From Escherichia coli (GTDB lineage: Bacteria; Pseudomonadota; Gammaproteobacteria; Enterobacterales; Enterobacteriaceae): a stretch of DNA of 64,000 bases. Below the pieces are notes generated by a model. It did no database searches. It saw nothing but the letters and a program-made list of their open reading frames with translations, and had not been told where the DNA came from. The DNA is taken from assembly GCF_050920415.1 (NCBI RefSeq), contig NZ_CP169309.1; one strand, written 5' to 3'. How positions within the stretch are numbered: position 1 is the stretch's first letter; each line of letters begins with the position of its first letter. The translations under genes were made by a program, and so were the position numbers. Positions 34,573-44,991 of this stretch are shown here, one piece after another.

Positions 34573-37134
34573 TTACACCAGACTCTTCAAGCGATAAATC
34601 CATTCCAGCGCCTGACGCGGGGTAAGTGAATCCGGGTCAAGATTTTCCAGCGCTTCGACCGCTGGCGACGTTTCTTCCGGTACTGACAGCAAAGACATTT
34701 GCGTACCATCCACTTGCGTAGCGGCGGCGTTCGGCGAAATGCTTTCCAGTTCACGCAGTTTTTGCCGTGCGCGCTTAATCACCTCTTTTGGCACGCCCGC
34801 CAGAGCAGCAACCGCCAGGCCGTAGCTTTTGCTCGCCGCGCCATCCTGCACACTGTGCATAAAGGCGATGGTGTCGCCGTGCTCCAGTGCATCGAGATGC
34901 ACGTTGGCGACGCCTTCCATTTTCTCCGGCAGTTGAGTCAGTTCAAAGTAGTGGGTAGCAAACAACGTCAACGCTTTAATCTTATTCGCCAGATTTTCAG
35001 CGCACGCCCATGCCAGCGACAGACCATCGTAAGTGGACGTTCCGCGCCCAATCTCATCCATCAACACCAGGCTGTACTCCGTGGCGTTATGCAGAATATT
35101 GGCGGTTTCGGTCATCTCCACCATAAAGGTTGAACGCCCGGATGCCAGATCGTCAGCCGCGCCCACACGGGTAAAGATACGATCGATAGGTCCAATCTCG
35201 ACTTTTTGCGCCGGTACGTAGCTGCCGATATAGGCCATCAGCGCAATCAGTGCGGTCTGGCGCATATAGGTACTTTTACCGCCCATATTCGGACCGGTGA
35301 TGATCAACATGCGACGCTGCGGCGACAGGTTCAGCGGGTTAGCGATAAACGGCTCATTCAGTACCTGTTCAACCACCGGATGGCGACCTTCGGTAATGCG
35401 AATGCCCGGTTTATCAATGAAGGTCGGGCAGGTGTAGTTCAGGGTATAGGCTCGTTCCGCCAGGTTTACCAGTACGTCGAGTTCTGCCAGTGCGCTCGCG
35501 CTCTGTTGCAACGCTTCCAGATGCGGCAACAGCAGGTCGAACAACTCTTCATAAAGCTGTTTTTCCAGTGCCAGCGCTTTACCTTTCGAGGTGAGTACTT
35601 TGTCTTCATACTCTTTTAGCTCTGGAATAATGTAGCGTTCGGCGTTTTTCAGCGTCTGACGACGCATATAGTTGATGGGTGCCAGATGGCTTTGTCCACG
35701 GCTAATCTGAATGTAATAACCATGCACCGCGTTAAAGCCGACTTTCAGCGTGTCCAGGCCGGTACGTTCACGCTCGCGAACTTCCAGACGCTCCAAATAA
35801 TCTGTCGCGCCGTCAGCCAGCGCGCGCCACTCATCCAGCTCTTCGTTATAGCCTGATGCGATAACACCACCGTCGCGTACCAGCACCGGCGGTGTGTCGA
35901 TGATTGCTCGCTCCAGCAGATCGCGCAGCTCTGCAAACTCGCCCATTTTCTCACGCAGCGCCTGTACCGGTGCACTATCGACACTTTCTAACTGCGCGCG
36001 TAGTTCTGGCAGTTGCTGGAAAGCGTGACGCATACGGGCCAGATCGCGTGGGCGAGCAGTCCGTAAAGCCAGACGTGCCAGAATACGTTCCAGGTCGCCG
36101 ACCTGACGCAGTACCGGCTGCAGCTCAGCGGTGAAATCCTGCAATGCGCCAATAGTTTGCTGGCGCTCAAGCAACACGCGGGTATCGCGCACTGGCATAT
36201 GCAGCCAGCGCTTCAGCATACGACTCCCCATCGGCGTTACAGTGCAGTCGAGCACGGAAGCCAGCGTGTTTTCCGCACCGCCCGCCAGGTTCTGGGTAAT
36301 TTCCAGGTTACGGCGCGTCGCGGCATCCATAATGATACTGTCCTGCTCACGTTCCATAGTGATAGAACGAATGTGCGGCAGAGTCGTACGTTGAGTATCT
36401 TTCGCATACTGCAACAGACAACCGGCGGCACAAAGTCCGCGCGGCGCGTTCTCGACGCCAAAACCGACCAGATCGCGAGTGCCAAATTGTAGATTCAACT
36501 GCTGGCGCGCGGTGTCGATTTCAAACTCCCACAGCGGACGACGACGCAGGCCGCGACGACCTTCAATCAGCGACATTTCAGCAAAATCTTCTGCATACAG
36601 CAGTTCCGCCGGATTAGTGCGTTGCAGTTCTGCCGCCATCGTTTCGCGGTCAGCCGGTTCGCTCAGGCGAAAACGACCGGAACTGATATCCAGCGTCGCG
36701 TAGCCGAAACCTTTACTGTCCTGCCAGATAGCCGCCAGCAGGTTGTCCTGACGCTCCTGCAACAGCGCTTCATCGCTGATGGTGCCCGGCGTAACGATAC
36801 GCACAACTTTGCGCTCAACCGGACCTTTGCTGGTCGCCGGATCGCCAATTTGTTCGCAGATGGCAACGGACTCGCCCTGATTCACCAGTTTGGCGAGGTA
36901 GTTTTCCACCGCATGGTATGGAATCCCCGCCATCGGGATCGGCTCTCCCGCGGAAGCGCCGCGTTTGGTCAGTGAAATATCCAGCAGTTGTGACGCACGT
37001 TTTGCGTCGTCATAAAACAGTTCGTAAAAGTCACCCATCCGGTAGAATAGCAGGATCTCGGGATGCTGGGCTTTCAGCTTGAGATACTGCTGCATCATGG
37101 GCGTATGGGCATCGAAATTTTCTATTGCACTCAT
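34573..37134 (-). CDS. mutS: DNA mismatch repair protein MutS
   Basis: 853-aa ORF with a Walker A motif (GPNMGGKST); start [17 protein letters not shown]. Confidence 0.97.
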   Translation of the reverse strand: MSAIENFDAHTPMMQQYLKLKAQHPEILLFYRMGDFYELFYDDAKRASQLLDISLTKRGASAGEPIPMAGIPYHAVENYLAKLVNQGESVAICEQIGDPATSKGPVERKVVRIVTPGTISDEALLQERQDNLLAAIWQDSKGFGYATLDISSGRFRLSEPADRETMAAELQRTNPAELLYAEDFAEMSLIEGRRGLRRRPLWEFEIDTARQQLNLQFGTRDLVGFGVENAPRGLCAAGCLLQYAKDTQRTTLPHIRSITMEREQDSIIMDAATRRNLEITQNLAGGAENTLASVLDCTVTPMGSRMLKRWLHMPVRDTRVLLERQQTIGALQDFTAELQPVLRQVGDLERILARLALRTARPRDLARMRHAFQQLPELRAQLESVDSAPVQALREKMGEFAELRDLLERAIIDTPPVLVRDGGVIASGYNEELDEWRALADGATDYLERLEVRERERTGLDTLKVGFNAVHGYYIQISRGQSHLAPINYMRRQTLKNAERYIIPELKEYEDKVLTSKGKALALEKQLYEELFDLLLPHLEALQQSASALAELDVLVNLAERAYTLNYTCPTFIDKPGIRITEGRHPVVEQVLNEPFIANPLNLSPQRRMLIITGPNMGGKSTYMRQTALIALMAYIGSYVPAQKVEIGPIDRIFTRVGAADDLASGRSTFMVEMTETANILHNATEYSLVLMDEIGRGTSTYDGLSLAWACAENLANKIKALTLFATHYFELTQLPEKMEGVANVHLDALEHGDTIAFMHSVQDGAASKSYGLAVAALAGVPKEVIKRARQKLRELESISPNAAATQVDGTQMSLLSVPEETSPAVEALENLDPDSLTPRQALEWIYRLKSLV

Positions 37135-37380
37135 GGGGTTATGTCCGGTTCCCTGATATTAAATGGGGTGTGATGGTTTTTATTTTCGTTGTAATCACAT
37201 AAGGCGCACATGATACCGGAGTTAATCATTTCAGGGGAAGAAGCGAACGGCGAGTTCTTGATGGTGATTCCGGGAAAGATGCTGTTTTGCAGCTTTTGCG
37301 TGATGCTTATGAAGCAAGTACGCAAAATTGTATCAGTTGGCGACCCCTTCTTCTTCAGAGCCATAGTCCCCTTTCAAATT

Positions 37381-37403
37381 AAGTTGTAATATAAATACAT
37401 CTT
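37381..37403 (+). promoter_or_regulatory. Putative NsrR operator upstream of ygbA
   Basis: aagttgtaatataaatacatctt resembles the NsrR inverted-repeat box, with the right half (AAATACATCTT) well conserved; ends 18 nt before the ygbA ATG. Confidence 0.4.
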
Positions 37404-37420
37404 AAGAGTATGGAGGCAGC

Positions 37421-37774
37421 ATGTCTGGCAAGCGTATCTCTCGTGAAAAACTGACGATTAAAAAAATGATCGATCTTTATCAAGCGAAATGCCCGCAGGC
37501 GTCAGCGGAGCCGGAGCATTACGAAGCGTTGTTTGCCTACGCGCAAAAACGGCTGGATAAATGTGTGTTCGGCGAAGAGAAACCCGCCTGTAAGCAGTGT
37601 CCGGTGCACTGTTACCAGCCTGCAAAGCGTGAAGAGATGAAACAGATTATGCGTTGGGCCGGGCCGAGAATGCTGTGGCGTCATCCGATCCTAACCGTAC
37701 GCCATCTCATTGATGACAAGCGTCCGGTGCCGGAGTTGCCAGAAAAATATCGCCCGAAAAAACCTCGTGAATAG
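37421..37774 (+). CDS. ygbA: Nitrous oxide-stimulated promoter family protein YgbA
   Basis: 117-aa ORF with Cys motifs (CPQ...CKQC); divergent from mutS. Confidence 0.88.
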   Translation: MSGKRISREKLTIKKMIDLYQAKCPQASAEPEHYEALFAYAQKRLDKCVFGEEKPACKQCPVHCYQPAKREEMKQIMRWAGPRMLWRHPILTVRHLIDDKRPVPELPEKYRPKKPRE

Positions 37775-37812
37775 TATACCGGACAGGCAGATCTGTCCGG
37801 CACCTCATGCAG

Positions 37813-39891
37813 TTAAACCAATGCCGATTTATCAATCCCCAGTCGTTTCATCCGTGATAGCAGTGTGGTGCGTTTTAGTCCCAGACGTTGCGCCGCGCCT
37901 TTCGGCCCGGCAACCACGCCGTTAGTCTCTTTTAATACACGCACAATTAGCTGATATTCATCTTCGCCCTCCTGAGCGACGACCGTTGCAGTCGGCGGCG
38001 TTTTAGGTTCCGGTAAAGCAATATCAGGCAATGACAGCTGCAGCACGTTGCCACGTGTCAGCAATACCGCGCGCTCAATGACGTTTTCCAGCTCGCGTAC
38101 ATTACCTGGCCACTCCATATTGCTCAACGCGCGCAATGTTTCGGCAGGAATGCTGTCGATATTACGCCCCAGACGGCGGGCAATTTTAAAAGTAAAGGCT
38201 TTCGCCAGCAGCGGAATATCTTCCGGACGCTCGCGTAGTGGCGGCAGGTGGATCGGGAATACGTTCAGACGGTAATAGAGATCGCTACGGAACTCGCGGT
38301 CGGCAACCATTTTTTTCAGATCGCGGTTAGTCGCGGCAATTAAACGCACGTCCGTCTGTATAATTTTATTACTGCCGAGACGTTCAAACTCCTGTTCCTG
38401 TAATACACGCAGCAACTTCGGTTGTAACTCCAGCGGCATATCACCCACTTCATCGAGGAACAGGGAGCTTTTATCCGCCAGTTCAAAACGACCGATACGC
38501 TGGGCGCTGGCTCCGGTAAACGCACCACGCTCATGGCCAAACAGATCGCTTTCCAACAATCCGGCAGGCATCGCCGCGCAGTTCATTTTTACCATGCGGC
38601 GATTATTACGCCCACTGAGATTATGGATCGCGCGGGCAATCAGCTCTTTACCAGTGCCAGTTTCACCGAGGATCAGAACTGTACTGTCACTTTGTGCCAC
38701 CATTTCAACTTGTTTAAGCACGCTGTACATGGCTTCACTGCGACCAATAATCTCGCCAAATTCACTATCAACATTGTTGAGCTGCTCGGTCAGGGCGAGA
38801 TTTTCATCAACCAGTCGTTCTTTCAGACGATGAATTTCCTGATAGGCAAGGGCGTTATCGACAGCGATTGCCACACGTTCGGCAATCTGGCGCAGTAAAT
38901 TCAGATTGGTCGTGGTAAACACTTTCTCTTCGCATTGCGCCAGTTTCAGCACGCCCAGCATGGTGTCGCCAGACATCAGCGGTAACAGGCACAAGGTTTG
39001 AATCTGGTTGCCCCAGGTGTCGAACAACATGCGTTCGTAGGGGGCTAAATTATCTCGCTCGTGGAGATTAATCAGCAGCATCTCTTTGCTTTTAAACACG
39101 CGTTCGGTGAGGGTTCCTGCTTCATCGACTTCGCTCTGTTCGTGAGCGGGATGCTGTTTATCAAGATAGTGAGTGGAGTAGATGTTGAGTTTGTTTTTAC
39201 GGTGGCTGCGTAAGACGATGCTGATATCGTCAATGTCGAAATAGTAATGGATTTCTTTGGCGACTTCGCTGACCAGTTCGTCCATATCCAGGCGAGAAAG
39301 CACCGCGTTGGTGATGGCAACCAGGATGCGGAAGTTATCGCGTTCCCGGCATAACAACTCATAGTCGACATTATTGACGACGCGGCTCTGGATTTGTTCG
39401 GTGACGACAGAAATGATCTGCGTAAAAGTTTGCAGGCGATTGAACTCTTTTTCACTCCACGGGCGATCGTCATAACGAATAAATTCACAGCCACCAAAAA
39501 TATGCCCTTCCGCCGCCAGTGGCATCAGGCAATAGTGACCAAATTTGGGGTATAGCCCACCAGCGGCCAGCTGCGGCCAGGTTTCACAAAATTCTTCGTA
39601 ACTGCAATGCAGTGTATCAGGGCGCGACAAAATGCTGCGCACCGGACCGTGTGCCAGAACAGTTTCGTCTTCATAATTTATGGGGGTGTCTTTTTCACGC
39701 GACGCGTAATAAGACGCACGTTGAGTATGCGCTTGCCACAACACAATAGCTGCATTGTCGGCGAGCGCAGAACGCTTTACCAATTGCGAAAGAGCCTCAC
39801 ACAGCGAGGCCAGATCGGGCTGCTGCAATAGTGTCCGAGTGATGTCGAACAACCCTTGTTGTCCGAGATCACTCATCGGTGTATATGACAT
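37813..39891 (-). CDS. fhlA: Formate hydrogenlyase transcriptional activator (sigma-54-dependent enhancer-binding protein)
   Basis: 692 aa from the ATG at 39891 (MSYTPMSDLGQQ...); GAF domains, an AAA+ sigma-54 interaction domain ([14 protein letters not shown]) and a C-terminal HTH. Confidence 0.95.
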   Translation of the reverse strand: MSYTPMSDLGQQGLFDITRTLLQQPDLASLCEALSQLVKRSALADNAAIVLWQAHTQRASYYASREKDTPINYEDETVLAHGPVRSILSRPDTLHCSYEEFCETWPQLAAGGLYPKFGHYCLMPLAAEGHIFGGCEFIRYDDRPWSEKEFNRLQTFTQIISVVTEQIQSRVVNNVDYELLCRERDNFRILVAITNAVLSRLDMDELVSEVAKEIHYYFDIDDISIVLRSHRKNKLNIYSTHYLDKQHPAHEQSEVDEAGTLTERVFKSKEMLLINLHERDNLAPYERMLFDTWGNQIQTLCLLPLMSGDTMLGVLKLAQCEEKVFTTTNLNLLRQIAERVAIAVDNALAYQEIHRLKERLVDENLALTEQLNNVDSEFGEIIGRSEAMYSVLKQVEMVAQSDSTVLILGETGTGKELIARAIHNLSGRNNRRMVKMNCAAMPAGLLESDLFGHERGAFTGASAQRIGRFELADKSSLFLDEVGDMPLELQPKLLRVLQEQEFERLGSNKIIQTDVRLIAATNRDLKKMVADREFRSDLYYRLNVFPIHLPPLRERPEDIPLLAKAFTFKIARRLGRNIDSIPAETLRALSNMEWPGNVRELENVIERAVLLTRGNVLQLSLPDIALPEPKTPPTATVVAQEGEDEYQLIVRVLKETNGVVAGPKGAAQRLGLKRTTLLSRMKRLGIDKSALV

Positions 39892-39964
39892 TTTGTTCTT
39901 CCAGGAAAGCACCGCAAAGCGGTGCAAAAGGTCATTGACTAAATATAGGAGATTTAGAATTTTA

Positions 39965-40975
39965 TTAGCATATACGCGGAAGCGGTTCGGCGTGTGGTAA
40001 ATCGAGGGTTCGTTTCACGCCATACAGACCGGCAAGACGAACACCTTTACGTTCCACCACTTCACCAATCAGCGCCGCGTCTTTCCCCAGTGGATGGGAA
40101 TGTAACGCCGCCAGCACTTGCTCTGCTGCGTTGCGTTCAACGGCGATCACCAGTTTGCCTTCGTTGGCAAAGTTAAGGGCGTCCAGCCCCAGCAGTTCGC
40201 AAACGCCGCGCACGGCAGGTTTAACCGGCAGTGCCGCTTCTGAAATTTCAATACCACAACCGCAGGCTGCCGCGAACTCATGAACTACCGCGTTCACTCC
40301 ACCACGGGTGGCGTCACGCAGTGCCTTCACACCGGGAATATCACGCAGCGTCTGGATGAGCGGCGTCAGCACTGCGCAGTCGCTGACCAGTTCGCCATCC
40401 AGCCCCAGTTGCTCGCGCAGATTAAGAATAGTTGCTCCGTGGTCGCCGAGAGTTCCACTCACCAGCAGAACATCGCCTGCGGTTAGCGTCTGTGCGCCCC
40501 AGTGAATATTCGCCGGGATCGCGCCCATGCCAGCGGTGTTGATAAACAGTTTATCTGCCGCGCCGCGTTGCACCACTTTAGTGTCGCCAGTAACGATGGC
40601 AATGCCTGCCGCGCGGGCGGTTTCTGCCATGCTGGTCACCACGGCTTTTAGCGTCTCCATCGGCAATCCCTCTTCGAGGATAAAGCCACAAGAGAGATAG
40701 CGCGGAATAGCGCCACTGACCGCAACGTCATTCGCGGTGCCACAAATCGCCAGCTTGCCAATATTGCCACCAGGAAAGAACAGCGGGTCGATGACGTAGC
40801 TGTCGGTGGAGAACGCCAGCCGGTCGCCTTCTGCCACCAGCTGCGCCAGCTCAAGGCGCGCCTGGTCTTCCTGTTCTGCCAGCCACGGATTGGCAAAAGC
40901 TTCCATAAACAGGCTGTTGATTAATTGCTGCATCGCCTGGCCGCCGCTGCCGTGGGCGAGTTGGATATTATTCAC
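39965..40975 (-). CDS. hypE: [NiFe]-hydrogenase maturation protein HypE
   Basis: 336-aa ORF, AIR synthase-like fold, with the C-terminal PRIC motif. Confidence 0.94.
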   Translation of the reverse strand: MNNIQLAHGSGGQAMQQLINSLFMEAFANPWLAEQEDQARLELAQLVAEGDRLAFSTDSYVIDPLFFPGGNIGKLAICGTANDVAVSGAIPRYLSCGFILEEGLPMETLKAVVTSMAETARAAGIAIVTGDTKVVQRGAADKLFINTAGMGAIPANIHWGAQTLTAGDVLLVSGTLGDHGATILNLREQLGLDGELVSDCAVLTPLIQTLRDIPGVKALRDATRGGVNAVVHEFAAACGCGIEISEAALPVKPAVRGVCELLGLDALNFANEGKLVIAVERNAAEQVLAALHSHPLGKDAALIGEVVERKGVRLAGLYGVKRTLDLPHAEPLPRIC

Positions 40976-42093
40976 GCTTCACTCTCCTGCTGACGATACT
41001 GATACCACGCGGCGCATGCTCCTTCGGAGGAAACCATCAGCGCGCCAAACGCGGTTTGAGGATTACAGGTGTTACCAAACAGCGGGCATTGATGCGGCTT
41101 ACATTTGCCCGTCAATACTTCGCCACAACGTGCGCGCGGGTCATCGCAAACCTGCTGCGGTGCCGGGCGGAAATGCGCTTCGGCGTCAAATCGTTGATAG
41201 TCTGGCGTCAGGTGTACACCAGAAGATTCAATCACGCCTAAGCCGCGCCATTCGCTGTCGCCGTTGACGCAGAAGACATCCGCAATCGCCTGTTGCGCCA
41301 GCAGGTTACCGGCATCCGGCACCACGCGCCGATACTGATTTTCTACCTTGCTGTGGGCCGCTATTTTCTGCTCCACCAGCATGACCACGCCTTGTAGTAG
41401 ATCAAGCGGTTCGAATCCAGCAATCACCAGAGGACGATGAAAATCACTGGCGATAAAATTATAGGCGTCGGTGCCGATAACCATACTGACGTGACCCGGC
41501 GCGAGGAACGCATCGATACCGTTATCCGGCTGTTCCAGCAAACTGCGTAGCGTTGGGATCAGCGTAATATGCTGGCAGAAAAAGTAAAAATTTTGCACAT
41601 CGCGGGCTTTCGCCTGTTGCAGAGTGATGGCCGTCGTCGGCATGGTGGTTTCAAACCCTAAGCCGAAGAACACCACTTTACGAGTTGGATTCTCCTGCGC
41701 CAGTTTCAACGCATCCATTGGCGAGTAAACGATGCGAACATCGGCACCGCGCGCTTTTGCCTGTAACAGCGACCCCTGTTTCCCCGGCACGCGCATGGCG
41801 TCTCCAAAGGTACAGAAGATGACTTCCGGATGGCTGGCAATCTCCACGCAGGTGTCGATTCTTCCCATCGGCAGTACACATACCGGGCAACCCGGACCGT
41901 GGATAAACTCAACGTTTTCCGGCAGTAACTGGTCGAGGCCGAATTTAAAAATGGCGTGGGTATGACCGCCGCACACTTCCATAATCCGCAGAGGGCGTTC
42001 AGCGGTGTAAGAGAGATGTGAAGCACGTTCGCGCAGATGCTCAATTAACTGCATCACCTGTTCCGGCGCGCGATATTCATCAACAAAACGCAT
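40972..42093 (-). CDS. hypD: [NiFe]-hydrogenase maturation protein HypD
   Basis: 373-aa ORF with Fe-S cluster Cys motifs (CGGH, GPGCPVC). Confidence 0.94.
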   Translation of the reverse strand: MRFVDEYRAPEQVMQLIEHLRERASHLSYTAERPLRIMEVCGGHTHAIFKFGLDQLLPENVEFIHGPGCPVCVLPMGRIDTCVEIASHPEVIFCTFGDAMRVPGKQGSLLQAKARGADVRIVYSPMDALKLAQENPTRKVVFFGLGFETTMPTTAITLQQAKARDVQNFYFFCQHITLIPTLRSLLEQPDNGIDAFLAPGHVSMVIGTDAYNFIASDFHRPLVIAGFEPLDLLQGVVMLVEQKIAAHSKVENQYRRVVPDAGNLLAQQAIADVFCVNGDSEWRGLGVIESSGVHLTPDYQRFDAEAHFRPAPQQVCDDPRARCGEVLTGKCKPHQCPLFGNTCNPQTAFGALMVSSEGACAAWYQYRQQESEA

Positions 42094-42365
42094 TATTTTT
42101 CCTCGCCATACAACAGCGCACCGACATCCGGCTCAACGTCAAACATGTTTTGTAAGGCGTCGAGAGTGTCGCGCGCTTCGGCTTCATTAATTACGCTCAT
42201 GGCAAAGCCAACGTGAACCAGTACCCACTGGCCCACGCGTGGCTGACCGTTTTCATCGCAGCTGCCGACTAACGTTAGATCGACGTCGCGCTGAATACCG
42301 CAGACGTCGACTTTCGCCTGGTTGCCGTCAATGGTGCGGATCTGGCCGGGAACGCCTATGCACAT
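42093..42365 (-). CDS. hypC: [NiFe]-hydrogenase maturation chaperone HypC
   Basis: 90 aa from the internal ATG giving an MC(I/L)GVP N-terminus. Confidence 0.9.
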   Translation of the reverse strand: MCIGVPGQIRTIDGNQAKVDVCGIQRDVDLTLVGSCDENGQPRVGQWVLVHVGFAMSVINEAEARDTLDALQNMFDVEPDVGALLYGEEK

Positions 42366-43228
42366 CGCTGTGTCTCCAGCCAGTTCAGCCACTGGTCCAT
42401 CCCTTCGCCGCTGGTGGCGGAAATAAGGATGATTTCAATTTCTGGATTGACTTCGCGGGCGCAGGCGATGCACTTCTCAACGTCGAAATTGAGATACGGC
42501 AGCAGGTCAACTTTGTTGAGCAGCATCAGTGAGGCGGCGGCAAACATATGTGGATATTTCAGCGGTTTGTCTTCACCTTCGGTAACGGAAAGCACCGCCA
42601 CTTTGTGTTTTTCACCGAGATCGAAGCTCGCCGGACATACGAGGTTGCCAACGTTTTCGATAAACAGAATACCGTTATCGTCCAGTGGCAGGCGCGGCGC
42701 GGCGTCGGCAATCATCTGTGCGTCAAGATGGCAACCTTTACCGGTATTCACCTGAATCGCTGGCGTGCCGGTAGCGCGAATGCGCGCGGCATCGTTCACG
42801 GTTTGCTGGTCACCTTCAATAACTGCGCACGGAACGCTGTCTTTCAGGCGTATCAAGGTTTCCGTCAGCAGGGTGGTTTTACCGGAACCAGGGCTGGAAA
42901 CCAGGTTGAGTACCAACTGATTGCGGGCAGCAAAGCGCGCTCGGTTGCGTTCAGCCAGACGGTTGTTTTTGTCCAGCACGTCAATTTCGACTTCCAGCAT
43001 CCGACGCTGGCTCATGCCCGGCGCGTGAGTACCCGCTTCGCCATGACCGTAATGCAGGTCGCCTTCTTCAGTCTGGCTGGGGGTAAATTCAGGCGCTTTA
43101 ATGCCGGTGATTTTCATCTTCGGGCGTGCCGCCGGGGCAAATGGCGCGCTACGAAACGCGGAATGAGGGTTATGTTCATCACCCTCGATATACAGGTTGC
43201 CTTCACCGCAACCGCATGTTGTACACAT
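42356..43228 (-). CDS. hypB: [NiFe]-hydrogenase nickel-incorporation GTPase HypB
   Basis: 290-aa ORF with an N-terminal metal-binding MCTTCGC motif, a His-rich stretch and a P-loop (SSPGSGKT). Confidence 0.95.
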   Translation of the reverse strand: MCTTCGCGEGNLYIEGDEHNPHSAFRSAPFAPAARPKMKITGIKAPEFTPSQTEEGDLHYGHGEAGTHAPGMSQRRMLEVEIDVLDKNNRLAERNRARFAARNQLVLNLVSSPGSGKTTLLTETLIRLKDSVPCAVIEGDQQTVNDAARIRATGTPAIQVNTGKGCHLDAQMIADAAPRLPLDDNGILFIENVGNLVCPASFDLGEKHKVAVLSVTEGEDKPLKYPHMFAAASLMLLNKVDLLPYLNFDVEKCIACAREVNPEIEIILISATSGEGMDQWLNWLETQRCA

Positions 43229-43231
43229 CGC

Positions 43232-43582
43232 TCACTCCTGGTCTATTTCTATCCGCCGAATCTGTAAACCGTCGTCTGCCACAATTTGTAGCATGTCGCC
43301 ATGACACTGTGGACAGCGTCGGACGCGCTGGGTTAATAGCGTCACATATTGTTGGCATGTTTCGCACCAGCATTCGGCCTCTTGTTCTTCGAGGTGCAGT
43401 TTACAACCTTCCGCCACGCTGCCGCGGCAAACCAGATCAAAACAAAAGGCAAGAGAGCTGGTTTCGACACAAGAAAATGCGCCAATTTTGAGCCAGACCC
43501 CAGTTACGCGTTTTGCGCCGTGTTTTGCGGCCTGCTGTTCGATCAATTCCAGTGCCCGTTGGCAGAGGGTTATTTCGTGCAT
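43232..43582 (-). CDS. hypA: [NiFe]-hydrogenase nickel-insertion protein HypA
   Basis: 116 aa from the ATG at 43582 (MHEITLCQ...); zinc-binding CxxC pairs. Confidence 0.93.
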   Translation of the reverse strand: MHEITLCQRALELIEQQAAKHGAKRVTGVWLKIGAFSCVETSSLAFCFDLVCRGSVAEGCKLHLEEQEAECWCETCQQYVTLLTQRVRRCPQCHGDMLQIVADDGLQIRRIEIDQE

Positions 43583-43613
43583 ATCGCCTCCCATTAACTA
43601 TTGCCAGCTACAA

Positions 43614-43629
43614 GCAATAATTGTGCCAG
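43614..43629 (-). promoter_or_regulatory. Sigma-54 promoter (-24/-12) of the hyp operon
   Basis: Minus-strand sequence TGGCACAATTATTGC (GG-N10-GC) about 30 bp upstream of the hypA start. Confidence 0.55.
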
Positions 43630-43741
43630 TGTTGATTATCCCTGCGGTGAATAATGTCGATGATGTCGAAATGACACGTCGACACGGCGACGAAATTCAT
43701 CTTTAGCTTAAAAATCGCTTTAATAACAATAAATTAAAAGT

Positions 43742-43757
43742 TGGCACAGAAAATGCT
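43742..43757 (+). promoter_or_regulatory. Sigma-54 promoter (-24/-12) of the hyc operon
   Basis: TGGCACagaaaaTGCTT with correct GG-N10-GC spacing, about 40 bp upstream of the hycA ATG. Confidence 0.6.
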
Positions 43758-43793
43758 TAAAGCTGGCATCTCTGTTAAACGGGTAACCTGACA

Positions 43794-44255
43794 ATGACTA
43801 TTTGGGAAATAAGCGAGAAAGCCGATTACATCGCACAGCGGCATCGTCGCCTACAGGACCAGTGGCATCTCTACTGCAATTCGCTGGTTCAGGGGATCAC
43901 GTTATCGAAAGCGCGCCTGCATCACGCCATGAGCTGTGCGCCAGACAAAGAACTCTGTTTCGTCCTTTTTGAACATTTTCGCATTTACGTCACCCTGGCG
44001 GATGGCTTTAACAGCCACACCATCGAGTATTACGTCGAAACGAAAGAGGGTGAAGAAAAACAGCGGATTGCGCAGGCACAATTGAGCATTGACGGAATGA
44101 TAGATGGCAAGGTCAACATCCGCGATCGCGAACAGGTGCTGGAACACTATCTCGAAAAAATCGCTGGCGTTTACGACAGCTTATACACCGCCATTGAAAA
44201 CAATGTACCGGTGAATTTAAGCCAACTGGTAAAGGGACAAAGCCCGGCGGCATGA
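43794..44255 (+). CDS. hycA: Formate hydrogenlyase regulatory protein HycA
   Basis: 153-aa ORF, first gene of the hyc operon. Confidence 0.92.
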   Translation: MTIWEISEKADYIAQRHRRLQDQWHLYCNSLVQGITLSKARLHHAMSCAPDKELCFVLFEHFRIYVTLADGFNSHTIEYYVETKEGEEKQRIAQAQLSIDGMIDGKVNIRDREQVLEHYLEKIAGVYDSLYTAIENNVPVNLSQLVKGQSPAA

Positions 44256-44379
44256 GCTGAGGCTTTGCCCGTTTTGCAGGCGTTACGCCTGTTTGGGGAT
44301 GGGCGTGTCGATGAGTGTCGAAAATGACATTTCATCGGCATGTTTTCGTCAAAAATGACAATCACCTGAGGAATGCCTG

Positions 44380-44991
44380 GTGAATCGTTTTGTAATTGCT
44401 GACTCCACGCTCTGTATCGGCTGCCACACCTGTGAGGCCGCCTGTTCAGAGACGCATCGCCAGCACGGCCTGCAATCAATGCCGCGCCTGCGAGTGATGC
44501 TAAATGAAAAAGAATCTGCGCCGCAGCTCTGTCACCACTGTGAAGATGCACCCTGTGCGGTGGTCTGCCCGGTTAACGCTATCACCCGCGTTGATGGGGC
44601 AGTGCAGCTGAATGAAAGCCTGTGCGTAAGCTGCAAACTGTGCGGCATCGCCTGCCCGTTTGGCGCAATCGAATTTTCCGGCAGCCGTCCGCTGGATATT
44701 CCGGCAAACGCCAATACCCCGAAAGCGCCACCGGCACCGCCTGCTCCGGCGCGTGTCAGCACGTTGCTTGACTGGGTGCCGGGTATTCGCGCGATCGCCG
44801 TCAAATGTGACCTCTGTAGCTTTGATGAACAAGGTCCGGCCTGCGTGCGGATGTGCCCAACCAAAGCCCTGCATCTGGTGGATAACACCGATATCGCCCG
44901 TGTCAGCAAACGTAAGCGTGAGCTGACTTTTAACACGGATTTTGGCGATCTCACCTTGTTTCAGCAGGCTCAAAGTGGAGAGGCTAAATGA
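44380..44991 (+). CDS. hycB: Formate hydrogenlyase subunit 2 (4Fe-4S ferredoxin-type)
   Basis: 203-aa ORF with multiple CxxCxxCxxxCP ferredoxin motifs. Confidence 0.94.
   Translation: MNRFVIADSTLCIGCHTCEAACSETHRQHGLQSMPRLRVMLNEKESAPQLCHHCEDAPCAVVCPVNAITRVDGAVQLNESLCVSCKLCGIACPFGAIEFSGSRPLDIPANANTPKAPPAPPAPARVSTLLDWVPGIRAIAVKCDLCSFDEQGPACVRMCPTKALHLVDNTDIARVSKRKRELTFNTDFGDLTLFQQAQSGEAK

Noticed and set aside
42548-43267. 239-aa ORF on the plus strand overlapping hypB and hypA
   Set aside because: Antisense to the intact hypB and hypA genes; no independent support.
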